Of a stretch of 30,271 nucleotides of DNA, positions 20,426 through 29,460 are shown piece after piece. The notes beneath the pieces are model-generated. The model searched no databases, was not told the origin of the DNA, and saw only the letters and a list, made by a program, of their open reading frames with translations. Numbering within the stretch: position 1 is the first letter of the stretch; each line of letters opens with the position of its first letter. Origin of the DNA: an uncultured Candidatus Peribacteria bacterium (GTDB lineage: Bacteria > Patescibacteriota > Gracilibacteria > Absconditabacterales > Absconditicoccaceae); assembly GCA_964633455.1 (NCBI GenBank), contig CAZWFZ010000001.1, positions 1 through 30,271 on the forward strand. Reading direction: 5' to 3'. The position numbers and the translations under genes were made by a program.

Positions 20426-23400
20426 ATGAATTTGAAAAAATTCGTAGCAGGATTAACAGCTATGGCTGTAGCTGCGTCTAACTTCCTCGGGGGAGTAGCA
20501 GTTGCCCAGCTCAATGATCCTGAGTTCACCACCGCTCTCAATTGGGCGTATGAGAATGAGATGACCAAGTACAACACGGAAAACGGTTTCATGCCTTATG
20601 CTAACATCACAAGAGAACAAGCTTCTAAATTTGTTGATGTGTATGCTATGACCAACTTGTGTCTTTCTCCTGATGCTGATATGGATTGTGATTTCAGCGA
20701 CATCCCTGCAGACGAGTCTTTGGACGAGTATGTAATGTTGTCTTGCCAACTTGGTCTCTTCAAGGGATCAAATGGTAAATTTATGCCAACAGCGCAACTT
20801 ACTAAAGCTCAATTGCTCGCGGTTCTCGTAAGAGCAATCAAAGCAGCAGCTGGTGAAGAGCCTGTATCTGAGGATGCAACTCCTTGGTGGTCTAACTACT
20901 TTACTGAAGCAAAAGAACTCGGCTTGACTAAGGAAACCAATGTAAACGCATTGGATAAGCCTGTGACAAGATATGAGACACTTTTGATGATGTATAGAGC
21001 TAGAATCGAAGATCAATGTAGCACTACTAGTGATGATATCACTGACTTGCTCAAAGATCTCTTCGGTGATGACACAGACACAGACAACGGTACTGGTGAT
21101 GTAGCTCCTACATCTGATGGAACTCTCGAAATCAGTTTGAGTCCTACGACTCCAGCTGGTGACACTGTTCCTGGTTTGTCTAATGTTGTTGTTGCTGAAT
21201 TCGAGGTAACTGCTACAACTGAAGCAGTTATGCTCAACACACTCGAACTCAGAAGATACGGCATCTCAAACGACGATGCAGTAACGAGAGTTAGTTTGTT
21301 CTTGGCAGATGGTACAAGATTGACCAACGGTAAGTCATTCAATAGTGACGATACTGCTCTCTTGAACTTGAGCCCAAGATTGGAAGTAGGTGTTGGTGAA
21401 ACTCACAAAATCAGAGTAATTGCTGAGATTGGTAGTTCTGATGGTCTTAATGGTGCTAACAACCAACAATTCGTTATTGGTATTGAGTCAGCTAATGACG
21501 TAACTACTAATGGTGATGTTGATGGTAACTTCCCAATCAAAGGTAATGAATTCGACGTAGGTGGTGAAAACGCTCCTGAAATCGAAATCACTCCTGATGG
21601 AACTATCTCAGACGTTCAATTGGGTGAGAAGGGTGCAGAAGTTGCTGCTCTTACACTCGACAACAACTCATCTGACGATATCGAGTTGACTCACATTACA
21701 TTCACTGATGGTGAAGGTAATATTGACGACGCTATGATGAACTTCTCACTTGAATGTGATAGCGAGGAAATTGCTACTACTGAAAACGCAAACGGTGACT
21801 ACTTGAGCTTTACATTCGATCCTTACACTGTCAAAGAAGGTGAGTCAATCGATTGTAATATCTACGCTGATGTAGTTGCTAGCGCTGGTGAAGCAATTGC
21901 ACTCTATATTGATGAGTCTCTCGACGTTATGGGTTCTTCTGACTTCGGTTATGGAATTGCAGTTGACGTTGATAACTATCAAGAAGCACAAGCACAAGTT
22001 GTTGATATTCTCGCTGGTGAGTTAACTCTCGTTGAGCAGAATCTCGATGCTGATGAAGTGAGAGAGGATCAAGACGATGTAGTTCTCGGTGAATTCAAAG
22101 TGATTGTGAACAATGGTCAAGCTTTGTACATTGAAGACATCTCTATGGATCTCTTCTCTGATGCTAATGCTAGCTGAGTTGCATTACAACTAATCTTCGA
22201 AAACTTTGAATTGTATGATGTAACACACAATACAAGATACGACTTGAACAACACAAACGGTACTGGTATTGTATTGAGCGAAGAGAACATCGATATCTAT
22301 CTCCCAGATTCTGGTGAGACTGTTCTCCAAGTTAGAGCTGATACAGTTACTACCTTCCCAGGTAACGTTGCTGATATGGTAACAGTTCATCTCGAACTCG
22401 ATGCTAACCCAGCTAACGGTGACTTGGTAATCAAAGAGTCTGATGACGATGAGCAAGTTATGGACCTCGTTCCATCATTCATCTCATTTGATGGTGTTGA
22501 TTTGGTAGATTCTTCTGTAGACGTTACTGAGATCACATTGTCTGATACTTCTGTAGTAAGAGGTGCTGAGGATGTAGTTGCTCTTCAATTCCAGGTTGAG
22601 ACTGATTCAGTTTCATCTGCATTCTTGCAAGAGATCGCTATCCAAGGTACAGTTAACTTCAACACAGACGTTGTATCTGCAGTTTCATTGTTCAGAGGTA
22701 CTCCTAGTGGAACACACACTCTCGTAGAGTCAAATGGTGGATTTGATATCAATTCAAACTCTATCACCTTTGATAACTTCGATGAGATTGAAGTTCCTCT
22801 CAACTCTACTCAACCGTTCTTCGTAACGATTGATGTAGTTGATGATCCTATGAACGTTGGTTTAACTCTCGCATTGAGTGTTGATCAGACTCCACTTCCA
22901 AAGCTTGATGATGACAACAACAATGATATGGATGTTAATGTAACAAGTGCTGGTTCTAGAACTATGACTATCAGTAACTTCGGTACATTGGCTTGTGACT
23001 TCGACGTAAATGACGAAGAAACAGACATTCCTTCTATCGTTCTTGGTGGTGAAGAATCTAACTACTTGGCTAGCTTTGACTTCAATGCTCAAAACGAAGA
23101 CATTTGGGTAAGAGATATCTTGATTACTGCTTCTCCTGCTCTCAATTTCGTATCTGCATTTGAAGAAGTTATCTTGTCTGATGAAGATGGTAACGAATTG
23201 TACAGAGAAATAGTTACTTCTAATGCTATGTACCTCAATGAAATTGAGACTGCTAGCGGTGCTGAATTCATCATCACTGAAGGTAGTACTAACTTGTATG
23301 TATCATTGGTTGCATCTATCATCGGTAAAAACCAAAATGGTGTAGAAGCTGGTGCTTACAACCTCTCTATGAGTGTTCAACAAGCTGAAGGTGTAAGTTC

Positions 23401-24019
23401 TAATGACGATGTTGCTACTACTATTGTTCCTGTGAACTGTGGTGGTACATCTGAAGACTTTATGTCTAGAGCAGTTGCTATCTCTACTGTTGATCTCGTT
23501 AGCTCAGCTGGAAGTACTAGCTTGCCTACTTACCTCTCAAATGGTGTAAGTAACAAACTCGGTATCGTTAAGGTTGTTGCTGATTCATGGGATAACAATG
23601 ATCCTGCTGATGCTTCAAGCATTAACATTGAACTTACAGGATTGAGAGTAGAATTCGAAAACGGTACTGAAGATCCTGTAGCTGGTGTTACACTGAAGAA
23701 AGTTGGTAAGACTCTTACTACTACTCCACAAGCAGTAGCTGCTGGTACTAATATTGTTGTATTCGACATGACACAATTGTCTGCGGATTCTGACAATATT
23801 GTTCAGGAAGGTCAAACAGTATACTACGTGATCGAAGGTACTCCAGTTGTAGACGATCCTAGTGAATCAATTAGAATCAACTTGTCTGATTTGTATGGCG
23901 CAACCGCTAACCCATCATTCAGTTACAGAGGAGATTTCGTTGGTGCTTTGAGCACTAATGCTATCTACCTCGAAGATTCTGAAATCGATGGTATCTTGCT
24001 CGTAGACAACAACAACTAA
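20426..24019 (+). CDS. S-layer-like surface protein: signal peptide, three SLH domains, long acidic beta-rich repeats, 1197 aa
   Basis: Track ORFs 20357-22177 and 22211-24019 are one frame split by a single TGA. SLH-like segments FMPYANITREQ, GLFKGSNGKFMPTAQLTKAQ, LDKPVTRYE; strongly biased codon usage. Confidence 0.88.
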
Positions 24020-24051
24020 TCATTGTTTAGTCTATCAGTTAAGTACATATG

Positions 24052-24088
24052 GAGAAGTCCTTGGCCTCGGCCAGGGGCTTTTCTTTTT
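24052..24088 (+). terminator. Rho-independent terminator of the S-layer gene
   Basis: 14-bp stem GAGAAGTCCTTGGC / GCCAGGGGCTTTTC with CTCG loop and a T tract. Confidence 0.85.
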
Positions 24089-24157
24089 GGTGAAAAATAA
24101 GTATAATTAAATAAACAGTCTAATCTTTAATAGCTAGAAGTAGGTGATTTTTGATTT

Positions 24158-24193
24158 AAAGAAAGTGTCCTGCAAAGCAGGTCCTTTCTTTTT
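24158..24193 (+). terminator. Second terminator-like hairpin
   Basis: AAAGAAAG-TGT-CCTGC-AAA-GCAGG-TC-CTTTCTTTTT. Confidence 0.6.
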
Positions 24194-24227
24194 CGTAAAA
24201 AATGATATGGTATTAGTTTTTCTTTTA

Positions 24228-24537
24228 TGTATAAGCACTGTTGTTGAAAGTTAATCCCGCAGCTTACAGCAAGCGGGATCATTGCATCAATCATACTTCG
24301 TTATGAAGATGCAAAGATTCTTACTTCTATAAGTATTCGCATACCTTCGGTATACTTAACTTATAGAGGGTGATTTAAGGTTGAATAAGTGTTGGTAGGT
24401 ATAGTCGTTGAGATAAGGGTGGTTACCTCAAGGGTAATAAATGGAAGTAAGGCAAACCCGCTGACGCCTCCCTTATCAATAATACTGTTACTCGATCTGT
24501 CACATCATTTGACCTGGTTCGTATCCTGATTATATGC
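24228..24537 (+). ncRNA. Candidate ~300-nt structured RNA of unassigned family
   Basis: Four helical domains, two UUCG loops (24297-24300, 24346-24349), a long rod 24378-24515 with G-U pairs; no ORF. Confidence 0.55.
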
Positions 24538-24567
24538 TTTCCTATTTTATATTTCCCTATTTATGAG

Positions 24568-25359
24568 ATGAAAAGAGTTGTTTTTCTCCTGTTCACTACG
24601 TTCTTTTTGGCGGGTTGTTCACTTACCGACACCAAAGTAGCATTTGAGAACTTTATAAATAGTCTTCTCCAAAAAGACCAAGCACACGAACAGTGATTTG
24701 TGCTGACCGCGAGCGAAGTAAGTACACGTTTTTACCGTGATGAGACGGGCATTGACCTGAGTAAGCTAGGCCTAACTGCAGTTCCTGATCTCTGTGCCCT
24801 TGTAAGCCCAGAAGAGTACGATTTGGTGCGGTTTTTGGACCTTTCTCAGAATAAAATCAGGATCGTAGATCAAAATTTGGACTGTTTTCAGTATCTCCAA
24901 GTGATCAACCTCTCCTACAACGAGATTCAGCAAGTAGTGACACTGGGTACGCTCCCTAGACTCAAGGACTTGAGACTCCAAAAAAACCAAATAACTACTA
25001 CTGAAAATTTTCCTCCACTCACCGGATTGACGAGATTAAACCTTGCATACAATCAAATCACCGTAGTACAAGACCTAGAGAAACTTATTAACCTCAAAGA
25101 GCTTGAACTCCAACATAATGTGATAGAGGAGTTTATTGGTGCAGAGAAAATGCAACAACTCGAGCGTCTCAAGCTTGAATTCAATAAACTCTCCAACGTT
25201 GACTTCCTCAAGGAAATTAAATCTCTCTTCACCGTTAGTGTCGGAGGCAATCAACTTCCACCAGAAATCGAGGCAATTTGGAAGGCGTTTAGTCCTGTCT
25301 TCAAAGTGGGCTGATCAGGTAGCGTAGCAGCCACCGGCGCTGCATGAACAGGCCAGTAG
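24568..25359 (+). CDS. Leucine-rich-repeat lipoprotein, 263 aa
   Basis: MKRVVFLLFTTFFLAGC lipobox; ~22-aa LxxLxLxxNxI repeats; TAG at 25357-25359 after two further TGA. Confidence 0.88.
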
Positions 25360-25360
25360 A

Positions 25361-25429
25361 AATCCCCCGGCTCGCTTCACTCGCCACCCTACCCATACGG
25401 GCACCGAGGCCTTTCTAAAAGGGGGAAAC
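25361..25429 (+). repeat. Intergenic palindromic repeat (long variant)
   Basis: 47 bp identical in inverted orientation to 7054-7100; begins 1 nt after the LRR stop codon. Confidence 0.92.
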
Positions 25430-25454
25430 ACGAATTCCTGTTTCTTTTGCTCCT

Positions 25455-25486
25455 GTGTATTTGGTTATTTGTGTATTTGGTTATTT
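25455..25486 (+). repeat. 16-bp tandem duplication (8-bp TATTTG periodicity)
   Basis: GTGTATTTGGTTATTT x2 immediately before the rsmA start. Confidence 0.7.
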
Positions 25487-25497
25487 GCACCTTTGAT

Positions 25498-26298
25498 ATG
25501 TGACAACGTTTTTGACAACATTTTCTTTGTGATCCGGCCGTGATAGACAGCATCTATCAGGCCGTTTTTTCGGTTTTACCAGCAGGGCAGGAGCCAACTA
25601 TCTTGGAAATTGGGCCAGGTGAGGGGGTACTGACTAAACCCTTACTAGATTTGCAGACCAACTATCGAGCATTTGAAGTAGACACGACGCTCCAAAAAAA
25701 ATTGGACAAAATTTTTACACCACGCAAAAAGGCACATCTCATCTGGGGTGATGTGCTTACCTTACCTTGGCAGAAAGAGCCAGATTGTCTTACGTTGTCT
25801 ATATCTGACAACTCTCAAACCTTCCCTTATGCGTCCCTTGTCGTCGTTGGAAACTTGCCCTACTATATTACTTCACCCCTGATCCAACAATTTTTTGGCT
25901 ACGCGGGCGCTGAGGCGGGCGTGGTGATGATCCAAAAGGAGGTTGCTGAGAAACTCGTGACCAAGGCAAAGAAGAAATCTTACTTGTGGCGACTAATCAA
26001 CAACTTCTATACTATTGAGCTCCTCACGCATGTGGCACCGACGTCGTTTTCTCCTCCTCCCAACGTGTGGAGTAGTGTGATTGTCCTCAAAAAGCGCTTA
26101 CCGCTCTTGGATAGTGAGCAGTGGAAGAACTTCCGCGAGCTTTTGGACATAGTCTCCCCCTACACTCGCAAAATGCTCAGAGCGATCTGGAAAAAGGAAG
26201 AAACCAAACTTGCTGACTTTGTTTTACCAAAAGAGCTTGAGGAGAAAAGATGGGAGGAATTGGGACGAGAAGAGGTAAAAAAATTACTTAACAAATAA
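25498..26298 (+). CDS. rsmA: 16S rRNA adenine dimethyltransferase RsmA/KsgA, 266 aa
   Basis: M[TGA]QRF[TGA]QHFLCD (GQHFL), ILEIGPGEGVLT, VVGNLPYYITSP, MIQKEVA, SFSPPPNVWS. Confidence 0.95.
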
Positions 26299-26313
26299 TC
26301 AACATATTTAATA

Positions 26314-26341
26314 TTGACAATTATAATAAATTTAATATAAA
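26314..26341 (+). promoter_or_regulatory. Sigma70-type promoter for the orphan at 26364
   Basis: TTGACA (26314-26319), 16 bp, TATAAA (26336-26341). Confidence 0.5.
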
Positions 26342-26363
26342 ATTTGCAAATAAAACAAAACAT

Positions 26364-26852
26364 ATGCAAATGAAATATGGAAATTGGGCTATCTTGTTGT
26401 TCTTTAGCTTGGTTATCGGTACAGCGTTGTGGTGGTTCACACCACGTCGTGTGGTTAATGAGTGCGATGAGTTGAGAAAAGATTTGGAAGTACTCAAGGG
26501 AGACCTCAACCAGGCTGAGCAGAAAATTTACAAGTTCGAACATCCTGAGGAGCACACGGAGCATTTTGGGAAATTGGGAGTGAGGAGATTGGCAGCATTT
26601 AGGATTAGTGATAACTTGTATCAATCATTTTCTGGTGGGTATCGCTATCCTTTGGAGCTCAAATGTGGTTGCAGTGATTGCAAATGTATTGAACCACCAT
26701 CCCTTTTGGTTGGAGAAGAGTACCGACAAGATCTCAGTAATCACATAGTAGAAGTGAGAGTCTTGAAGAAGGATGAACCAAACTATTATGAGCTCCTGCG
26801 AACGCGTCCAGATTTGGACTCGTTGCAAGTTAGTACAACGGCTCAGCAATAA
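26364..26852 (+). CDS. Hypothetical membrane-anchored protein, 162 aa
   Basis: N-terminal TM helix, short coiled coil, CGCSDCKC cluster. Start may be 26370. Confidence 0.75.
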   Translation: MQMKYGNWAILLFFSLVIGTALWWFTPRRVVNECDELRKDLEVLKGDLNQAEQKIYKFEHPEEHTEHFGKLGVRRLAAFRISDNLYQSFSGGYRYPLELKCGCSDCKCIEPPSLLVGEEYRQDLSNHIVEVRVLKKDEPNYYELLRTRPDLDSLQVSTTAQQ

Positions 26853-26879
26853 GTTATCAACTATCAAAAAATCTATTTG

Positions 26880-26938
26880 CCAGGGAATTCCCTGGTTTTT
26901 TTAAAATATGAAAAGGCCTGAATAATTTATTCAGGCCT
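26880..26938. terminator. Paired terminator hairpins between convergent genes
   Basis: Perfect palindrome CCAGGGAATTCCCTGG (26880-26895) followed by T7; 12-bp inverted repeat AGGCCTGAATAA / TTATTCAGGCCT (26914-26938). Confidence 0.75.
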
Positions 26939-26942
26939 CATT

Positions 26943-27233
26943 TTACCATACATTTGCTATCATCTTTAGCACCCACGGTTTTGGGTTGAAGCGTTGGTAA
27001 CTGACCATAACGCTTAGCGTGAAACCAATTGAATCCGGTATAATTATATACCAATTCCTTGTCTCTACCCCATACCATGCCCTAAAGAAATACACAATGC
27101 ATACTATAATAGAGAAAGGGAAATCCATCCCAAACCTATTATCTTTGTATTGCTTGATGATTTGCCGTGGAAGTCCCCAGCAGACCATTATGATAGCAAA
27201 TGCTCGGAAAGTTTCTCCTAACACTTGTTCCAT
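26943..27233 (-). CDS. SemiSWEET/PQ-loop-like three-TM transporter, 96 aa
   Basis: Three hydrophobic segments, GLPRQIIK motif after TM1, IIIPDSIG in TM3. Confidence 0.7.
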   Translation of the reverse strand: MEQVLGETFRAFAIIMVCWGLPRQIIKQYKDNRFGMDFPFSIIVCIVYFFRAWYGVETRNWYIIIPDSIGFTLSVMVSYQRFNPKPWVLKMIANVW

Positions 27234-27324
27234 TTCTTTATATTTCTTTACTTTTATATTATAATTATAAATAACTATAAGTCAATAGTAATCTTACAAG
27301 TAAAAGAAGAATTACTAGTATATT

Positions 27325-28614
27325 CTATCCCTTTATCAACGTCGCAAATTGCTTTTTCCCTTTCCTTAATAACACAATTTCCCCTTGGAGAAAGTCAGTT
27401 TCTTGCAACTCATAACCCATATCATGGACTGATGTTTCATTAAGTACGACACCATTATTTTTGATCAACGTTTTAGCTTCTCCATTGGAAGGGGCAAGAC
27501 CTGCTTCGACAATCGCTTCGATAATTCTCATGCCGACAGCTATGGGATTTTTTCCACCAATTGCTTGATGAAGAGCAGCGAGATCATCTGATGAAAGTTG
27601 GTTAACTTTATCCATAGGATTTCATTCACCAAAAAGTGTTTGTGTGGTGAGTTGTGCCTGACGTGAAGCCTCACTTCCAAAGACGGTTTCAACGACCGCG
27701 AGTGCTAATTTTTCTTGGCCGATTCTTTTTTCGGGAGTTGCGTCGTGTTCTGCAATTACCTTTTCTATTTCTTCGAAACTTACGAGCGTTAGTAATTTGA
27801 AATATCTTTCTATATCTGCATCGGCGGTGTTCATGAAGTACTGATAGATCACATATGGACTATTTTTGTTGGGATCTAGTCGCAATGCATTTCCTTCTGA
27901 CTTTCCAAATTTCTTTCCCGTACTGTCGACAATGAGCGGGCAGGTGACACCATAAGTTTCAACATCAAGTTTCTTTTTGATGAGTTCAATTCCCGTAACA
28001 ACATTCCCTCGCTGATCAGAGCCTGCAATTTGTAACTTACAGCCAAAATCTTGGTAGAGTCTGAGATAGTCATATCCTTGTAGCAGCATATAACTGAACT
28101 CGGTATATGAGATAGACTTATCAGGATCTTCAATTCTCTTTTTGACGGTCTCTTTGTTCATCATTTGATTAATAGTTATGTATTTGCCGACCTCTCTCAA
28201 GAATCACAAAAAGCTCATATCAGTATAAAAATCCGCATTATTTTTGACTTCAAAATTGAATGTATGTCATGTAAGTTGTGTGAGATGGTCTAACACAGTT
28301 CATACTTGTTTTGTAATGGCAGCTACATTATTTGCTAATGCTTCTTCGCTGAGAAAAGATCTCTCGCTGTCTTTGCCTCCTGGATCACCAATCATGCCCG
28401 TTGCTCCACCGACGATGAGGATCAGTTTATTCCCTCTTTTCATATACTGCACAGCATGCATAAATCCCACAAAATTCCCCAAATGTAGAGAATCTGCTGT
28501 TGGATCGACTCCCCAGTATAGTGTCTGCTGACCTCATGTATACAGATCAAAAACGGCTTCATGGGTATATTGATTGAGGAATCAACGCGCTTCGAGTTCG
28601 GCTTTGAGGTGCAT
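27325..28614 (-). CDS. tyrS: Tyrosine--tRNA ligase, 429 aa
   Basis: GVDPTADSLHLGN (HIGH), VGGATGMIGDPGGK, GSDQ[CGA]GN, KFGKSEG (KMSKS), C-terminal S4 domain LLRKGKK; three fragments joined by TGA. Confidence 0.97.
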
Positions 28615-28675
28615 GTTTACAAGAAGATTAAACGTTGTAATCTATAGGGAAGATGTGCATTTTTGCAAGATGAGG

Positions 28676-28717
28676 TGAGAATTGAGAGTTAAGAAATAAG
28701 ATTTAAGAATTAAGAAA
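28676..28717 (+). repeat. Six degenerate 7-bp tandem repeats
   Basis: TGAGAAT TGAGAGT TAAGAAA TAAGATT TAAGAAT TAAGAAA. Confidence 0.65.
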
Positions 28718-28864
28718 CTATACTCCAGAAAATGGAACTTATGAAAATACTACAAAAGGCACCAAGGAGTACTATGTATGCTTTTGAGGGTGCTAAAATA
28801 TTTTATTCAAGCATTTCTGCCGAGTAGTCCAATTTTAAAAATTGTTTGACTCCAAGGCAAAAAC

Positions 28865-29101
28865 CTAATGTGTATCCCGGTATTGGAGAAATATGTCAGA
28901 TTCTATTTTTGCTTGTTTTAGTATTCATTTGAGAGTGCCGACATCGAGTTCTTTGTGTTTTGGCACAACAGTGGTAATACTTGATCCCGTGTTAGTTTTG
29001 GTATACACGTAATGTGATCATACGGATCTTTGAAAAATGAATCATTGTGATTCGAGGAACTTCATCAGAAATACTCATGAAACTATCGGAAATTTAGGCA
29101 T
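28865..29101 (-). CDS. hicA: HicA family toxin (mRNA interferase), 78 aa
   Basis: Missed by the track. FLESQ[TGA]FIFQRSV[TGA]SHYVY, TVVPKHKELDVGTLK[TGA]ILKQA; conserved Gly positions are TGA. Confidence 0.9.
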
Positions 29102-29309
29102 GATTCTGTACAGAAAATGTGGAGACAAATGAAAATGACGGAGCATCCTCATCCAGTCTATCTTTTTCAACCAGATTATATGCATATACCGCCTCTTGAA
29201 GGTTTTTGAGGGCGACTTGAGGAGTTTCTCCTTGTGAAACTACACCATTTTCTAGACATGTTGCCACATACATGAGCTGTCACTGTGTTACGTAAGCTGT
29301 ATAAGGCAT
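29094..29309 (-). CDS. hicB: HicB family antitoxin, short form, 71 aa
   Basis: YVATCLENGVVSQGETPQVALKNLQEAV; its stop overlaps the hicA start by 8 bp. Confidence 0.88.
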
Positions 29310-29460
29310 GTGATCGTGGTAATACCATAAAACTACTTTATTAGGTCTTTAATGGCAGTATAGTCATAATATGAAAAATCACAAGCTTTTTCAATGAACT
29401 CACTTGACTCACTAGAGACAAAAGATATAACGTAATTAATTTTTATTTATACAAGAGGTG

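Noticed and set aside
20392-23815. Numerous minus-strand ORFs opposite the S-layer gene
   Set aside because: Antisense shadows of a strongly codon-biased gene.
24443-24472. GGCAAACC...GACGC...CCTCC resembling a c-di-GMP-I riboswitch
   Set aside because: The GAAA-capped hairpin and GCAAAG junction of that riboswitch are absent; treated as part of the larger unassigned RNA.
24228-24540. tmRNA, RNase P or SRP identity for the structured region
   Set aside because: No GGGG 5' end, G3-U70 pair or CCA end and no tag ORF (tmRNA); no GAGGAAAGUCC (RNase P); no SRP helix-8 motif.
28733-28838. Short ORFs of about 30-35 codons on both strands between tyrS and hicA
   Set aside because: Too short, no recognisable motif, no consistent start context.
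26-29309. Many genes look like pseudogenes or split ORFs in the supplied track
   Set aside because: Every break examined is an in-frame TGA, often at a conserved Gly; the fragments share one frame, so these are intact genes in table 25.
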